This document shows, in pieces, positions 22,322 to 35,512 of a stretch of DNA of 64,000 nucleotides. Position numbers and translations under genes: made by a program. This DNA is from an uncultured Nitrospiraceae bacterium (GTDB lineage: Bacteria > Nitrospirota > Thermodesulfovibrionia > Thermodesulfovibrionales > Dissulfurispiraceae), in assembly GCA_963727805.1 (NCBI GenBank), contig CAVSHF010000005.1, forward strand, positions 672,001-736,000. The letters run 5' to 3'. Below the pieces are notes generated by a model. It did not search any database and was not told where the DNA came from. It saw nothing but the letters and a program-made list of their open reading frames with translations. Each line of letters begins with the position of its first letter. Within the stretch, counting starts at the first letter, position 1.

Positions 22322-22639
22322 TCAGTCTATGACCTCCTTGCATTTCTTGCATGTCCTCTGCTTCTTACCGTCTCCGAGGACCGTAACTCCGATCCGAGTG
22401 GGCTTGCTGCATTTGGGGCATACAAGCATGGTATTGGATATATGTAAAGGGGCTTCCTTTTCGATAATGCCGCCCTGTGTGAATGTCTTATTCGGTTTCT
22501 GATGTTTCTTTATTTTGTTGACTCCCTCGACAATGAGCCTCTGATCCGCCGGTATCACCGAGAGCACGCGCCCCTTCGCACCCTTATTCTTTCCTGCGAT
22601 TACTATCGCCGTGTCTCCCTTTTTTATCCTTAACCCCAC
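22322..22639 (-). CDS. rplX: 50S ribosomal protein L24
   Basis: KOW motif, [12 protein letters not shown]. Confidence 0.97.
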   Translation of the reverse strand: MGLRIKKGDTAIVIAGKNKGAKGRVLSVIPADQRLIVEGVNKIKKHQKPNKTFTQGGIIEKEAPLHISNTMLVCPKCSKPTRIGVTVLGDGKKQRTCKKCKEVID

Positions 22640-22651
22640 TTTATCCTCCCG

Positions 22652-23020
22652 CTAAATCACTTCCGGCGCAAGGGAGATGATCTTCATGAAATCCTTCCAT
22701 CTGAGCTCCCTTGCAACAGGACCGAAAATTCTTGTTCCTATGGGCTCCATCTGAGCATTGATGAGCACCACCGCATTCTGGTCAAACCTTATATATGAGC
22801 CGTCGGGCCTTCTCGTTTCTTTTTTTGTCCTGACAATGACACCCTTCTGCACCGTACCTTTCTTAACGGTACCGTCGGGAAGTGCCTCCTTAACAGCCAC
22901 GACAACGATATCTCCTAGCCTGGCATATCTCCGCCTCGATCCTCCAAGTACCCGTATGCACTGAACTCTTTTAGCTCCTGAATTGTCAGCCACCTCAAGC
23001 ATGCTCTGCGTCTGTATCAT
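22652..23020 (-). CDS. rplN: 50S ribosomal protein L14
   Basis: [20 protein letters not shown]. Confidence 0.98.
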   Translation of the reverse strand: MIQTQSMLEVADNSGAKRVQCIRVLGGSRRRYARLGDIVVVAVKEALPDGTVKKGTVQKGVIVRTKKETRRPDGSYIRFDQNAVVLINAQMEPIGTRIFGPVARELRWKDFMKIISLAPEVI

Positions 23021-23022
23021 GG

Positions 23023-23271
23023 CTATCTATCCCCACTTTCCATGATTTTGATCACTTCCCACCTCTTGTCCTTGCTCAGGGGCCTGCTCTCGATAATCTG
23101 CACCTTATCGCCCATCTGGCACTTGTTTTCTTCGTCATGGGCTTTAAACTTCGTAATCTTTTTGACTGTCTTCTTGTAGAGAGGATGCTGAAATGTCCTC
23201 GTCACCGCCACGACCACAGTCTTGTCCATCTTGTCACTTACAACTTTACCCGAATATATTTTTTTAGGCAT
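23023..23271 (-). CDS. rpsQ: 30S ribosomal protein S17
   Basis: [23 protein letters not shown]. Confidence 0.98.
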   Translation of the reverse strand: MPKKIYSGKVVSDKMDKTVVVAVTRTFQHPLYKKTVKKITKFKAHDEENKCQMGDKVQIIESRPLSKDKRWEVIKIMESGDR

Positions 23272-23494
23272 TTCCCGCACCCCTCTTCGCAGCCTCACCT
23301 GTTGCCGCTCTCTCTTTCTCGGTGATGATCGTCAGGACCCTCGCGATGTCCTTACGGACCGCCTGAACTCTCATATTATTCTCAAGTTCGCCCTTGGAGA
23401 GCTGGAACTTCAGGTTGAAGAGCTCTTTTCTAAAATCCAGTTCCTTTTGCTTCAATTCATCAACAGAGAGTGCTCTCAATTCAGAGGTCTTCAT
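23264..23494 (-). CDS. rpmC: 50S ribosomal protein L29
   Basis: [22 protein letters not shown]; position in operon. Confidence 0.95.
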   Translation of the reverse strand: MKTSELRALSVDELKQKELDFRKELFNLKFQLSKGELENNMRVQAVRKDIARVLTIITEKERAATGEAAKRGAGNA

Positions 23495-23910
23495 GATGCA
23501 ACCTCCTCACGCCTTACGAATCTCATGTGGATCGGAAGCTTCTTTGATGCTAATTCGAAAGCCTCCTTAGCAAGCTGCTCGCTGATGCCCGAGACCTCAT
23601 AGATAACCCTTCCCGGCTTCACCACAGCCACCCAAAATTCCGGGTTGCCCTTACCTTTACCCATTCTCGTTTCCGCAGGCTTGCGGGTGATGGGCTTGTC
23701 GGGAAAGAGGCGTATCCAGAGCTTGCAACCCTTCTTGGCATGCCTCGTAATGGCTACCCTCGCCGATTCGATCTGGCGGCTCGTTATCCACCCAGGCTCC
23801 ATGGCCTTCAGCCCATACTCTCCAAAGGAAACATCGGAGCCCTTGTAGGCCTTGCCCCTCATATTTCCTTTCATCGTCTTCCTAAATTTAACTTTCTTTG
23901 GCGCTAACAT
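23491..23910 (-). CDS. rplP: 50S ribosomal protein L16
   Basis: [16 protein letters not shown]. Confidence 0.98.
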   Translation of the reverse strand: MLAPKKVKFRKTMKGNMRGKAYKGSDVSFGEYGLKAMEPGWITSRQIESARVAITRHAKKGCKLWIRLFPDKPITRKPAETRMGKGKGNPEFWVAVVKPGRVIYEVSGISEQLAKEAFELASKKLPIHMRFVRREEVAS

Positions 23911-23911
23911 T

Positions 23912-24568
23912 TCACTCTCCTACCGAAGATGTAACGGTCCGCTCGGGGAGTATATCTCCATGGTATATCCAGACCTTGATACCGATTTTTCCATAAGTCG
24001 TCCTCGCTTCGGTAAATCCGTAATCAACATCGGCTCTGAAGGTACTGAGGGGCACCCTGCCTTCCCTGTACCATTCGGTCCTCGCAATTTCGGCCCCGGC
24101 AAGCCTGCCAGCGCACTGAACCTTAATGCCGAGCGCTCCGAACCTCATACCCGACGAGACCGCCCGCTTCAGGGCACGCCTGAAGGCAACCCTTTTTTCT
24201 AGCTGGAGTGCAATATTTTCCGCGACGAGCTGCGCGTCGAGTTCGGGCTTCCTGACTTCCTTTATATCGATGGCAACTTGTTTCCCTGTATAAGCCTCGA
24301 TCTCCTTCTTAAGCTTCTCTACCTCGGCACCCTTCTTCCCGATTATAATGCCGGGGCGGGCCGTATGTATGATGACTTTCACTTTCTGCCCAGGCCTTTC
24401 TATCTCAATTTTCGAGACACCGGCATGAAAGAGCTTTTCCTTTATCAACTTCCGGACGTTGAGGTCCTCCAAGAGTTGAGCCGCATACCCTCTCTTTAGG
24501 AACCAGCGCGAATCCCATGTGCGCGTGATACCAAGCCTGTTTCCTATCGGAATCGTCTTCTGTCCCAA
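23912..24568 (-). CDS. rpsC: 30S ribosomal protein S3
   Basis: [27 protein letters not shown]. Confidence 0.98.
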   Translation of the reverse strand: MGQKTIPIGNRLGITRTWDSRWFLKRGYAAQLLEDLNVRKLIKEKLFHAGVSKIEIERPGQKVKVIIHTARPGIIIGKKGAEVEKLKKEIEAYTGKQVAIDIKEVRKPELDAQLVAENIALQLEKRVAFRRALKRAVSSGMRFGALGIKVQCAGRLAGAEIARTEWYREGRVPLSTFRADVDYGFTEARTTYGKIGIKVWIYHGDILPERTVTSSVGE

Positions 24569-24624
24569 ATCAACACCCCCGTCCGTATATTGTCGCCTTG
24601 ACTGTACTCGGAATCGCTGCCATG

Positions 24625-24960
24625 CTATGCCTCCGAAACCACGATCGTGATATGGCTCGTTCTCTTTTTGATCGTATTGGCCCTGCCCATTGACCGAGGT
24701 TCCATGCGTTTCATGGTCGGGCCCTGATCGACATACGCACCTTTTACCATAAGCTTATCGATATCGAGATGCGTGTTTTTCTGCTCAGCATTGGCCATTG
24801 CTGATTTCAAAACCTTCTCAATTAACCGTGCGCCCCTGTATGGCATGAACCTGAGGTTCACCATTGCTTCGGTGGCTCTTTTGCCCCTGATGAGGTCGAT
24901 GACCCTTCTCGCCTTTCTCGGAGTGATCCGTGCGAATTTCAGTATTGCTTTAGCTTCCAT
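24625..24960 (-). CDS. rplV: 50S ribosomal protein L22
   Basis: PRKAR, SA.ANA, KRTSHIT. Confidence 0.98.
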   Translation of the reverse strand: MEAKAILKFARITPRKARRVIDLIRGKRATEAMVNLRFMPYRGARLIEKVLKSAMANAEQKNTHLDIDKLMVKGAYVDQGPTMKRMEPRSMGRANTIKKRTSHITIVVSEA

Positions 24961-24965
24961 ATCGA

Positions 24966-25247
24966 TTACCCTTTCGATGCCGACTTCTCGGAACCAGAGT
25001 GGCCCTTGAAGGTTCTGGTGGGTGAAAACTCACCCAGTTTATGTCCTACCATATTTTCGGTCACGTATACAGGGATAAACTTTCTCCCGTTATGAACGGC
25101 GAAGGTAAACCCGATAAATTCGGGCACAACGGTCGACCGCCGTGACCATGTCTTGATCATCTTTTTCTCACCCGCCTGCAACATCGTCTGAACTTTCTTC
25201 ATCAGCTTCGGCTCGAAATATGGGCCTTTTTTTAAGGATCTGGGCAC
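24966..25247 (-). CDS. rpsS: 30S ribosomal protein S19
   Basis: [24 protein letters not shown]. Confidence 0.98.
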   Translation of the reverse strand: MPRSLKKGPYFEPKLMKKVQTMLQAGEKKMIKTWSRRSTVVPEFIGFTFAVHNGRKFIPVYVTENMVGHKLGEFSPTRTFKGHSGSEKSASKG

Positions 25248-25256
25248 GTACTCCTC

Positions 25257-26081
25257 CTATTTTTTGCTACGCCTTTTGACGATAAATTTATCGGTTCTCT
25301 TGTTCTTCCTAGTTTTGACGCCTTCGGGCACGCCCCATGGGGTGCACGGTGGACGACCTCCGGAAGACTTTCCCTCGCCTCCGCCCAGCGGATGGTCAAC
25401 AGGGTTCATGGCAACACCTCTCACATGAGGCCTCTTCCCCAGATACCTCTTCCTTCCCGCTTTTCCGTAGGAGATATTTTCGTGCTGCACGTTGCTCACC
25501 TGGCCAATCGTAGCCATGCATGTGGTCATCACAAGCCTTACTTCTCCTGAAGGCATCTTGATCTGCGCATAATCGCCTTCCCTTGCAACTATCTGAGCGG
25601 ATGCTCCTGCGCTTCTGATGAGCTTTCCACCCCCACCGGGCTTAAGTTCAATATTGTGGATCATAGCTCCAAGCGGAATCTCCTTTATCGGCAGGGCATT
25701 CCCGGGCTTTATCTCCGCCGCCGGACCCGACATAACCACATCAGCTACGTTCAAGCCTTCGGCTGCGAGAATATACCGATACTCTCCGTCATTGTAATTC
25801 ACAAGGGCTATCCTAGCTGAGCGGTTTGGATCGTATTCGATGGTCTTGACTGTCGCGGGGATTCCGACTTTGTCCCGCTTAAAATCGATGACCCTCAAGA
25901 TGCGCTTATTGCCGCCGCCCCTCTGCCATGACGTTACTCTTCCAAAACTGTTTCTACCACCCGTCTTTTTTACAGGTTTCGTCAGGCCTTTGTGGGGGCT
26001 ATCGCTCGTAATATCTTTATAATCGGAGGCGGATTGAAACCGCCGTCCTGGTGATGTTGGATTGTATTTTCTTATACCCAT
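25257..26081 (-). CDS. rplB: 50S ribosomal protein L2
   Basis: [24 protein letters not shown]. Confidence 0.98.
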   Translation of the reverse strand: MGIRKYNPTSPGRRFQSASDYKDITSDSPHKGLTKPVKKTGGRNSFGRVTSWQRGGGNKRILRVIDFKRDKVGIPATVKTIEYDPNRSARIALVNYNDGEYRYILAAEGLNVADVVMSGPAAEIKPGNALPIKEIPLGAMIHNIELKPGGGGKLIRSAGASAQIVAREGDYAQIKMPSGEVRLVMTTCMATIGQVSNVQHENISYGKAGRKRYLGKRPHVRGVAMNPVDHPLGGGEGKSSGGRPPCTPWGVPEGVKTRKNKRTDKFIVKRRSKK

Positions 26082-26372
26082 TTAAACACCCTCTATAAAA
26101 TCGAGTTTTTCGCCTTTCTTCAGCGTCACGATTGCCTTTTTCTTGTCGGACCTTTGGCCAAGAAACTTTCCATACCGCTTCATCTTGCCCTTTACTGAGA
26201 CAGTCGCAACCTTCTCGACCTTCACTTTAAAGATCTCCTCCATCGCCTGCTTAATCTCATGTTTGTTGGCGTCGGGGTTCACTTCAATCAAGAGCTTGTT
26301 CTCCCGCTCTTTTATGTCCATGCCCTTTTCGGTAAAGAGTGGCCTTTTTATTACATCATAGATGATTTTCAT
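26082..26372 (-). CDS. rplW: 50S ribosomal protein L23
   Basis: P..TEK, ANK.EIK, KKAIVTL. Confidence 0.97.
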   Translation of the reverse strand: MKIIYDVIKRPLFTEKGMDIKERENKLLIEVNPDANKHEIKQAMEEIFKVKVEKVATVSVKGKMKRYGKFLGQRSDKKKAIVTLKKGEKLDFIEGV

Positions 26373-27004
26373 CAGGCGCTGACCTCCTCTGGTGCGAGCT
26401 TTTTGATGGCCTCTTCGGTAAAGACCAGCTTGCTGTAGGCAGCTACCTGATAAGCGTTAAGGTCAGAAACTCTCGTCACACCCACGCCCGGTATGTTCCT
26501 GGCTGAAAGGAATACATTCTCGTTATTCTCACTAAGCACAAGGAGTACCGACTGACCGCCGAGTCCAAGGCTATTGAGGATCTTCACCATATCCTTTGTC
26601 CTAGGTTTATCTACGTGGAGCATATCGAGGACCATGATCTCGCTATCAGCAAGCTTCATGGTTAATGCCTTGCAAAGGGCTGCCCTTTTTGCTGCCCTCG
26701 GCATCTTGATTTCGTAGTCTCTGGGTTGTGGACCGAAGATTGTGCCTCCGCCCCTGAAAAGTGGCGAACGACTGCTTCCAGCGCGTGCCCGTCCTGTGCC
26801 CTTCTGCTTATATGGCTTCTTGCCACCACCGCGCACCAGTCCTCGTGTCTTGGTCGCATGGGTACCCTGGCGCTGGTTAGCAAGATGACTCACCACTGCA
26901 GAATGCACGACCGCAGACGAAGCATCATTGTCGAAAACCACTCCAGTCAGACTGATCTTCCCCTTGGTATTGTTATTTATATCCCTGATCTCTATATCAA
27001 TCAT
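26372..27004 (-). CDS. rplD: 50S ribosomal protein L4
   Basis: [24 protein letters not shown]. Confidence 0.98.
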   Translation of the reverse strand: MIDIEIRDINNNTKGKISLTGVVFDNDASSAVVHSAVVSHLANQRQGTHATKTRGLVRGGGKKPYKQKGTGRARAGSSRSPLFRGGGTIFGPQPRDYEIKMPRAAKRAALCKALTMKLADSEIMVLDMLHVDKPRTKDMVKILNSLGLGGQSVLLVLSENNENVFLSARNIPGVGVTRVSDLNAYQVAAYSKLVFTEEAIKKLAPEEVSA

Positions 27005-27009
27005 GGTAT

Positions 27010-27621
27010 TTAATCCTTCCAGATTTCGATTATGGTATTTGGAGCACCCGGGACCGCACCCTTGAGAAGTATAAGGTTCTGATCGGGCATTACCTCAACC
27101 ACTGTGAGGTTTTGTACGGTCACCCTTTCGCTGCCCATATGGCCAGCCATGCGCATACCCCTCCATACCCTTGAAGGGTAAGAGCTCGCCCCGATGGAGC
27201 CCGGCGCTCGGTTGAACATAGAACCGTGACCGCTGGGACCACCCTTGAAATTATGCCTCTTCATTACACCCTGAAAACCCTTTCCCTTAGACGTTCCAGA
27301 AACCGAGACGATATCACCTTTACTAAAATTATCTGCTTTAATCATGTCGCCCACCTTAAGTCCTGGAATGCTGAATTCCTTAAGGTTTTTGAATACCGGC
27401 GTACCAGCCTTTTTGAAGATCCCTGCCATAGGCTTGGTGACATTCTTCATTTTACGGACTTCTCCAAAGCCAACCTTGACCGCCCCATATCCATCCTTTT
27501 CAGGCGTCTTAACCTGGACTACCGTGCAGGGTCCTGCTTCAATCACTGTCACGGGCACAAGCCTGCCGTCTTCCAGATAGACCTGAGTCATGCCGATTTT
27601 CTTGCCCAATATTCCTGTCAT
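27010..27621 (-). CDS. rplC: 50S ribosomal protein L3
   Basis: [23 protein letters not shown]. Confidence 0.98.
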   Translation of the reverse strand: MTGILGKKIGMTQVYLEDGRLVPVTVIEAGPCTVVQVKTPEKDGYGAVKVGFGEVRKMKNVTKPMAGIFKKAGTPVFKNLKEFSIPGLKVGDMIKADNFSKGDIVSVSGTSKGKGFQGVMKRHNFKGGPSGHGSMFNRAPGSIGASSYPSRVWRGMRMAGHMGSERVTVQNLTVVEVMPDQNLILLKGAVPGAPNTIIEIWKD

Positions 27622-27923
27622 AGCTTTATCTCCACATCAACCCCGGAAGCAAGCTCCAGCTTCATTAGCGCGTCAACTGTGTCCGGAGTAGGATCAAAGA
27701 TATCGATGAGTCTCTTGTGAGTCCTGATTTCAAACTGCTCCCTCGATTTTTTGTCCACATGCGGGGACCTCAATACAGTAAACTTGCTTATTTGTGTCGG
27801 AAGAGGAACTGGACCCGATATCCTTGCCCCGGTCCTCGATGCTGTATCAACTATTTCTTTCACAGACTGGTCGAGCAATCTATGATCATATGCTTTTAGT
27901 TTTATTCTTATCTTTTGATTCAC
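27618..27923 (-). CDS. rpsJ: 30S ribosomal protein S10
   Basis: [23 protein letters not shown]. Confidence 0.98.
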   Translation of the reverse strand: MNQKIRIKLKAYDHRLLDQSVKEIVDTASRTGARISGPVPLPTQISKFTVLRSPHVDKKSREQFEIRTHKRLIDIFDPTPDTVDALMKLELASGVDVEIKL

Positions 27924-27927
27924 CGTG

Positions 27928-29127
<1,200 letters not shown>

Positions 29128-29173
29128 TTCTCCTCCTTAGTACCGGTCCGTAAAACTTTTATTACTTTTAAAT

Positions 29174-31252
29174 TTATTCACCTTTTATTTTAGCTACAAT
29201 GCCTTCCATAATGCTTTTGGGGACTTCCTCATAATGGGAGAATTGCATGGTATACGTTGCCCTTCCCTGGGTCTTCGACCTAAGGTCCGTGGCATAGCCA
29301 AACATCTCCGAAAGAGGAACCGAGGCCTTGATCACCTGGGTTTTGCCTCTCTTTTCCATGGATTGAATTTTCCCACGTCTCGAATTCAAATCACCGATGA
29401 CGTCACCCATGTATTCTTCAGGGGTGACGACTTCAACATTCATGACCGGTTCAAGCAGAGCAAGATGAGCCTTTTTCGCCCCATCCTTAAAAGCCATCGA
29501 ACCAGCGATTTTAAAGGCCATTTCAGAGGAGTCAACCTCATGGTACGACCCATCGATAACAGTCACTTTAACATCAACGACAGGATAGCCGGCCAGAACG
29601 CCGCCTTCCATCGCTTCCTTGACGCCCTTTTCGACTGCTGGGACATATTCCCTGGGAATGGAGCCACCCACAACTTTATTGACAAATTCGAAGCCCTTTC
29701 CTCTCTCGAGGGGTTCCATAGTAATCCAGACATGACCATACTGGCCGCGGCCGCCTGATTGCCGGACGAATTTTCCTTCTATCTTGACAGAATTCTTGAT
29801 AGCTTCCTTGTAGGCAACTTGGGGCTTACCTACATTGGCGCCCACCTTAAATTCCCTCATCAGCCGGTCGGTGATAATTTCGAGATGAAGCTCTCCCATT
29901 CCGGAGATGATAGTTTGGCCTGTCTCTTCATTAAAGGAAACCCTGAAGGAAGGATCTTCCTGTGCAAGTTTCGCCAAAGACATCGACAATCTCTCCTGAT
30001 CGGCCTTCGTCTTAGGCTCGATGGCAACCGAGATGACCGGTTCGGGGAATTCCATCAATTCGAGAATAATAGGTTCATTTTCATCGCAGAGGGTGTCGCC
30101 AGTCAAAGTTTGCTTGAGACCCACAATAGCTGCGATATCTCCCGCCCGTACCTCTTTTATCTCCTCCCTCTTGTTCGCATGCATCTGGAGGAGTCTGCCT
30201 ACTCGCTCCTTGACGTCCTTGGTCGAATTATATACGTATGAGCCCGCTGACAGCACACCTGAATACACCCTAGCAAAAACAAGCTGTCCGACATACGGGT
30301 CGGTCATTATCTTGAAGGCAAGAGCCGCAAAAGGCTCACTATCATCAGGCTTTCTCCCGACTTCAGAACCATCAGAAGGTTTTTTCCCAATGACCGGAAG
30401 GATATCGATTGGGGAAGGGAGATAATCGATGACAGCATCGAGAAGCATTTGTACGCCTTTATTCTTGAAGGCAGATCCACAAATAACGGGATTGATTTTC
30501 ATGTCTATCGTTCCCCGCCGGAGCGCCTTCTTGATTTCCTCGGCGGGAATCTCCTCGCCAGCCAAGTACTTTTCCATAATCGTATCGTCAACATCGGAGA
30601 CAGCCTCGATCATCTTATCCCTATATTCCTTCGCCTGCCCCATCAACTCTGAGGGAATTTCATCTTCGATAAATTTTGCACCGAGCGTCTCATCTTCAAA
30701 AAGGTATGCCTTCATTGCAACAAGGTCAATGTGTCCTTTGAATTTTTCTTCCTTCCCGATAGGGATTTGGATAGGGACCGGACGCGCACCGAGTTTCTCT
30801 ACCATCGAATCAACAGCCATAAAAAAGTCGGCACCAACCCTGTCCATCTTATTAAAAAAGGCTATTCTGGGAACACCGTATTTGTTGGCTTGCCGCCAGA
30901 CAGTCTCAGACTGGGGCTCAACTCCGGCCACAGAATCAAAAACAGCAACGGCACCATCGAGCACCCTGAGGGATCGCTCGACCTCTATGGTGAAATCGAC
31001 ATGACCAGGCGTATCAATGATGTTGACTCGGTGATTTTTCCAAGAACACGTCGTAGCGGCCGACGTAATAGTGATTCCACGCTCCTGCTCCTGGGGCATC
31101 CAGTCCATAACAGCTGTGCCGTCGTGAACTTCGCCGATCTTATAAGTGACTCCTGTATAGTAAAGTATGCGTTCAGTTGTGGTAGTCTTGCCGGCATCGA
31201 TGTGGGCCATAATGCCAATATTTCGTGTTTTCTCTAAGGGGAATCTCGACAT
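29174..31252 (-). CDS. fusA: elongation factor G (canonical)
   Basis: [22 protein letters not shown]; in the str operon. Confidence 0.99.
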   Translation of the reverse strand: MSRFPLEKTRNIGIMAHIDAGKTTTTERILYYTGVTYKIGEVHDGTAVMDWMPQEQERGITITSAATTCSWKNHRVNIIDTPGHVDFTIEVERSLRVLDGAVAVFDSVAGVEPQSETVWRQANKYGVPRIAFFNKMDRVGADFFMAVDSMVEKLGARPVPIQIPIGKEEKFKGHIDLVAMKAYLFEDETLGAKFIEDEIPSELMGQAKEYRDKMIEAVSDVDDTIMEKYLAGEEIPAEEIKKALRRGTIDMKINPVICGSAFKNKGVQMLLDAVIDYLPSPIDILPVIGKKPSDGSEVGRKPDDSEPFAALAFKIMTDPYVGQLVFARVYSGVLSAGSYVYNSTKDVKERVGRLLQMHANKREEIKEVRAGDIAAIVGLKQTLTGDTLCDENEPIILELMEFPEPVISVAIEPKTKADQERLSMSLAKLAQEDPSFRVSFNEETGQTIISGMGELHLEIITDRLMREFKVGANVGKPQVAYKEAIKNSVKIEGKFVRQSGGRGQYGHVWITMEPLERGKGFEFVNKVVGGSIPREYVPAVEKGVKEAMEGGVLAGYPVVDVKVTVIDGSYHEVDSSEMAFKIAGSMAFKDGAKKAHLALLEPVMNVEVVTPEEYMGDVIGDLNSRRGKIQSMEKRGKTQVIKASVPLSEMFGYATDLRSKTQGRATYTMQFSHYEEVPKSIMEGIVAKIKGE

Positions 31253-31267
31253 TAGATATAAACCTTC

Positions 31268-31738
31268 TTACCACCGATAATGAGCAAAGGCCCTATTGGC
31301 TTCGGCCATTTTGTGGGTGTCTTCTTTTTTCTTGATAGATGAACCGGTATTGTTGTAGGCATCCAGCAACTCGCCGGCGATTCTTTCGCGCATCGTCTTT
31401 TCTTTGCGGTCTCTGGCATATTTTATGATCCAGCGCAGTGCCAAAGCTACCTTTCTGGCCGGCTTGACTTCAACGGGCACCTGATACGTAGCGCCTCCAA
31501 CCCTTCTAGGCTTGACTTCGACAAGGGGCTTCACATTCTCGACAGCGGCCTTAAAGACCTTAAGTGCATCAATGCCGGTCTTTTCGCTCATAATGTCGAA
31601 GGCGCCGTAGCATATCCTTTCCGCTGTGGACTTTTTACCCTCTTTGAGCAACACACTGACCAGCCTGGTTACAAGCTTGCTGTTATATTTTGGATCGGGG
31701 AGAACATCTCTCTTTTCAGATTCTCTTCTTCTTGCCAT
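31268..31738 (-). CDS. rpsG: 30S ribosomal protein S7
   Basis: [24 protein letters not shown]. Confidence 0.98.
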   Translation of the reverse strand: MARRRESEKRDVLPDPKYNSKLVTRLVSVLLKEGKKSTAERICYGAFDIMSEKTGIDALKVFKAAVENVKPLVEVKPRRVGGATYQVPVEVKPARKVALALRWIIKYARDRKEKTMRERIAGELLDAYNNTGSSIKKKEDTHKMAEANRAFAHYRW

Positions 31739-31769
31739 GGTAATATGCTCCGACTATGCTCTTATCAAT

Positions 31770-32141
31770 TTATTTGGGCCGTTTTGCGCCGTACTTGGAC
31801 CTGCTCTGCTTCCGGTTGCCCACACCGGCGCAGTCGAGGGCACCCCGCAGGATGTGATATCTCACGCCTGGGAGATCCTTGACCCTTCCGCCCCTGATTA
31901 ACACAATTGAATGCTCCTGGAGATTGTGACCCACACCCGGGATATATGCAGTAACCTCCATACCATTGGTAAGCCTAACTCTAGCTACCTTCCTCAATGC
32001 GGAGTTCGGCTTCTTAGGGGTTGTCGTATAAACCCTAACGCAAACACCGCGTTTCTGAGGACAGCTTTTGAGCGCCGGACTCTTCGTCTTCTTCTCGAGC
32101 TGTTTGCGCCCATGCTTGACTAGTTGCGCGATTGTCGGCAC
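31770..32141 (-). CDS. rpsL: 30S ribosomal protein S12
   Basis: [16 protein letters not shown]. Confidence 0.99.
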   Translation of the reverse strand: MPTIAQLVKHGRKQLEKKTKSPALKSCPQKRGVCVRVYTTTPKKPNSALRKVARVRLTNGMEVTAYIPGVGHNLQEHSIVLIRGGRVKDLPGVRYHILRGALDCAGVGNRKQSRSKYGAKRPK

Positions 32142-32199
32142 ATTTCCTCCCGTTTATAAAAATCTCTACGTTTGTTCCGATTTACCGGAAAACCTGTTA

Positions 32200-32228
32200 A
32201 GCTTACCAGAGAAAGAATATTTTGTCAA
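32200..32228 (-). promoter_or_regulatory. sigma70-type promoter of the str operon
   Basis: TTGACA-17nt-TAAGCT with a TG extension, about 60 nt upstream of rpsL. Confidence 0.75.
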
Positions 32229-32461
32229 GTCTTTCAGAGGTCTATCCCGCCTAATATGCGATAAGCGGGAGAGTGAAAATATAACATTTCCCGGAGGAAA
32301 AAATAAAGTAGTATTTTTCCCCCAGCCATCGTATCTTTATAATATTAAGCATATAGAGGGGGGCATTATGAAAAACAAAAGTGACGTTACTTTATTCATA
32401 ATCATGGTAATCACGTTTCTAGCCATGTCGACATTGGCTGGGGCTGTAAAGAGGGGGGGGG

Positions 32462-33079
32462 ATGGCAGACAATATCCATTGGCTCGGACACGACACCTTC
32501 AAGATCACAGGAGAAAAGGTCCTTTATACCGATCCGTTCCGTCTAAAGCGGGATGATGTTGCAGATATCATTCTTGTAACGCACGAGCACTATGATCATT
32601 GCTCGCCCGAAGATATTCGCAAAATTCAGGGACCGAATACTGTTATTGTCACAACAGCTGATTGCGCAAAAAAGTTGTCGGGCAAGATTGTAACGATAAA
32701 ACCAGGCGATAAAATTATCGCAGCTGGGATCCAGATCGAAGTCGTCCCGGCTTATAATACGAATAAGCAGTTTCATCCAAGAACCAATGGGTGGGTCGGT
32801 TATATCTTCACTATTGACTCTAAAAAGATTTATCTTGCGGGGGATACTGATTACATCCCTGAAATGAAGACTTACAAAGGGATTGATATCGCCCTGTTGC
32901 CGGTTTCAGGCACGTATGTGATGACGGCGGTTGAGGCGGTCAAGGCAGCGCTTGATATTAGGCCGAAGCTAGCAATCCCGATGCATTATGGTTCTATCGT
33001 GAGCTCTCAAAAAGATGCTGAAATATTTGCAGAAAAACTTCGGGGCAAGGTGGAAGTCAATATTTTGACGGCAGAATGA
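32462..33079 (+). CDS. metallo-beta-lactamase fold hydrolase (a signal peptide encoded from 32368 is out of frame)
   Basis: WLGH, THEHYDH (HxHxDH), AGDTD, IPMHY. Confidence 0.9.
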   Translation: MADNIHWLGHDTFKITGEKVLYTDPFRLKRDDVADIILVTHEHYDHCSPEDIRKIQGPNTVIVTTADCAKKLSGKIVTIKPGDKIIAAGIQIEVVPAYNTNKQFHPRTNGWVGYIFTIDSKKIYLAGDTDYIPEMKTYKGIDIALLPVSGTYVMTAVEAVKAALDIRPKLAIPMHYGSIVSSQKDAEIFAEKLRGKVEVNILTAE

Positions 33080-33162
33080 GGACCGTTTATTGAGGCTCTG
33101 ATGATCCAATCTGCAGTGTGTTTTCGTCACATTAACTGGAGCGGGCTTTAATTGGATAAAAA

Positions 33163-34161
33163 ATGACACGGAGAAGGATAAAACGAGAGACTATCATCGC
33201 TCTTCTCAAAGAGAGTTACGGGTATCTATCGGGAACTGAGATGGCCTCACTGCTCGGAGTCACCAGAGCCGCAGTCTGGAAAGCCGTTGGGCTATTGAAA
33301 AAAGATGGCTATGTGATCGAATCTTCTCCAGCTAAAGGATATCTCCTAGTCAAGTCCCCAGACCTTTGCCTCCCTGATATCAAAAAAATTATTTCACCTG
33401 CGAGAAAAAAAATTGGAAATGAATTATGTTTTTACAATTCCGTCCCTTCAACTAACATGATTGCCATGGAACTGGCATCTAAGGGATGCCCTGATGGGAC
33501 CGTAATTATAGCCGATGCCCAGACAGCAGGTAAGGGTCGGCTTGGCAGATCGTGGATTTCCCCCCCCGGGAAAAATCTTTATATGAGTATCGTATTAAGA
33601 CCGGGAATTTCGCCACGTGATGCGACAGCGCTGACTCTGCTCGCAGCTGTCGCCTGCACCTCTGCCATCAGACGTTCCGCTTCGATTCCCGCATCGATAA
33701 AATGGCCGAACGACCTGATTGTTGGACAGCGCAAGATGGGGGGGATTCTCACCGAAATTAAAGCTGACATCGACCGCATTATTTATGCTATAGTCGGTAT
33801 CGGCATCAATGTTAACCTAAGCCCTGAGGATATGCCCGAGGAGATAAAGGCCATTGCCACCTCAATCTTTATTGAGACTGGTGGACACTTCTCCAGATCG
33901 GAGCTTGCCGGTGCGATAATTTTGGATTTCGACAAGTGGTATGGACATCTCCTGACGAAAGGGAAAGCGGTTATCGCTGATGAGTGGCTCACGATGTCTT
34001 CGACTATAGGTGAACGCATACGCGTAGCGGCAGTAAACCAAACGTTTGAGGGCGTTGCTAAGGGAATTGATGATGACGGCCTTCTGATCCTTAAACTGAA
34101 TGACGGCACGTATCTCAAGTTGAGCGCCGGAGATGTAACTATAGTGAGAACCAAGTCATGA
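33163..34161 (+). CDS. birA: bifunctional biotin ligase/repressor
   Basis: N-terminal HTH (LGVTRAAVWK), GKGRLGR, KWPND, KMGGIL. Confidence 0.95.
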   Translation: MTRRRIKRETIIALLKESYGYLSGTEMASLLGVTRAAVWKAVGLLKKDGYVIESSPAKGYLLVKSPDLCLPDIKKIISPARKKIGNELCFYNSVPSTNMIAMELASKGCPDGTVIIADAQTAGKGRLGRSWISPPGKNLYMSIVLRPGISPRDATALTLLAAVACTSAIRRSASIPASIKWPNDLIVGQRKMGGILTEIKADIDRIIYAIVGIGINVNLSPEDMPEEIKAIATSIFIETGGHFSRSELAGAIILDFDKWYGHLLTKGKAVIADEWLTMSSTIGERIRVAAVNQTFEGVAKGIDDDGLLILKLNDGTYLKLSAGDVTIVRTKS

Positions 34162-34976
34162 AAAAGCAAAAACATGCACTTCTTGCCATTGATATCGGCA
34201 ATTCGACTATAGGGCTGGGCCTCTACCCCGATGCCTCAAGGGGGAAACCTCTTCTCGTTAATGCACTCCCATCGAACCGGAATGCATCTATGAGAACGAT
34301 ATCTAAGCGTATCAAAGAATTCGTATTTGGAGATGGCAGGTCCTTTCCTTCCAAAGATATCGGCGTCGTCATTTCCTCTGTTGTTCCAACCCTTACCCGC
34401 AAGGTTTTTACGGCAGTCAAGGACCTTTGCAAAAAACCTTTAATTGTGGACCATCATATGATTAAGGAGCTCTCTTTTGAAGTTTGCCAACCCGAAATGA
34501 TCGGCCCGGACAGGCTTGTCAATGCACTTGCCGGACTCTGTTTATTCGGCAAGCCTGTGGCCATTATCGATTTTGGCACGGCGACAACTATCACCGTGAT
34601 TGGCGAGCATGCGATTTTTCTGGGCGGCGCAATCATGCCCGGTATCGACATGATGAGAGAATCCCTAGCTGCAAAGACTGCAAAACTCCCCAAAGTCTCT
34701 CTCTCTGCGCCGTGCTCTGTAATAGGTCGTGATACGGCATCTGCAATAACATCTGGCATCATTCATGGCACTGCGGGAGCCGTAAACAACCTTGTAACTG
34801 GCATAGAGAGGGAAGCTCACAAAAAACTCCTCGTAATTCTGACAGGAGGTCACGCCGGTCTCATTTCTCCCTTCCTGAAAAAAGAACATCTCCTGCTTCC
34901 TCATTTGGTTTTTGAAGGTATGCGACATATATTCATTCACCATTCGGGACACATCGGCCATAATTGTGTATACTAA
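34158..34976 (+). CDS. coaX: type III pantothenate kinase
   Basis: IDIGNS, SSVVP, IG.DR, DFGTATT, LTGG. Confidence 0.93.
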   Translation: MKKQKHALLAIDIGNSTIGLGLYPDASRGKPLLVNALPSNRNASMRTISKRIKEFVFGDGRSFPSKDIGVVISSVVPTLTRKVFTAVKDLCKKPLIVDHHMIKELSFEVCQPEMIGPDRLVNALAGLCLFGKPVAIIDFGTATTITVIGEHAIFLGGAIMPGIDMMRESLAAKTAKLPKVSLSAPCSVIGRDTASAITSGIIHGTAGAVNNLVTGIEREAHKKLLVILTGGHAGLISPFLKKEHLLLPHLVFEGMRHIFIHHSGHIGHNCVY

Positions 34977-35011
34977 GTCCATGCACCGCATATCATAAAG
35001 GAGGTCTCATT

Positions 35012-35455
35012 ATGGAAATCAAAAAAATCCTGTTCACCACCGACTTTTCCGAAGGAGCATCGTATTCATTGTCTTATGCCTTAGATGTCGCAAAAACTTA
35101 CGGGGCAAAGCTATATCTTCTACATGTCATACATGACATAACCATGTCCCCGGGCATGCACATACCGCACGGTTCGGCGGATATCATGAACAAGGAACTG
35201 GAAACAAATGCGATCAAGACCTTGGAAAAACTGCGGGTTACGGTTTGCGAAGACTACAAAAACACCGAAAGTAGCGTAGTGTTTGGCATTCCTTATGAGG
35301 AGATTCTAAAATTCGTAACAGAAAAGGGGATCAATCTTATTGTCATTGGTACCCACGGAAGGAAGGGCCTCGATCGTGTCCTCTTCGGAAGCACTGCTGA
35401 GCGCGTCGTGAGAAACTCGTCCTGCCCTGTACTTACCGTAAGAATGCCTATTTAG
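35012..35455 (+). CDS. universal stress protein
   Basis: TDFS, GTHGRKG...LFGSTAERVVR...PVL; AAGGAGG RBS. Confidence 0.93.
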   Translation: MEIKKILFTTDFSEGASYSLSYALDVAKTYGAKLYLLHVIHDITMSPGMHIPHGSADIMNKELETNAIKTLEKLRVTVCEDYKNTESSVVFGIPYEEILKFVTEKGINLIVIGTHGRKGLDRVLFGSTAERVVRNSSCPVLTVRMPI

Positions 35456-35512
35456 AAATACTCAGGCGATTATTGAGAAATTCGAAATCCCTGTTTTCTG
35501 CATGCTGCTACA

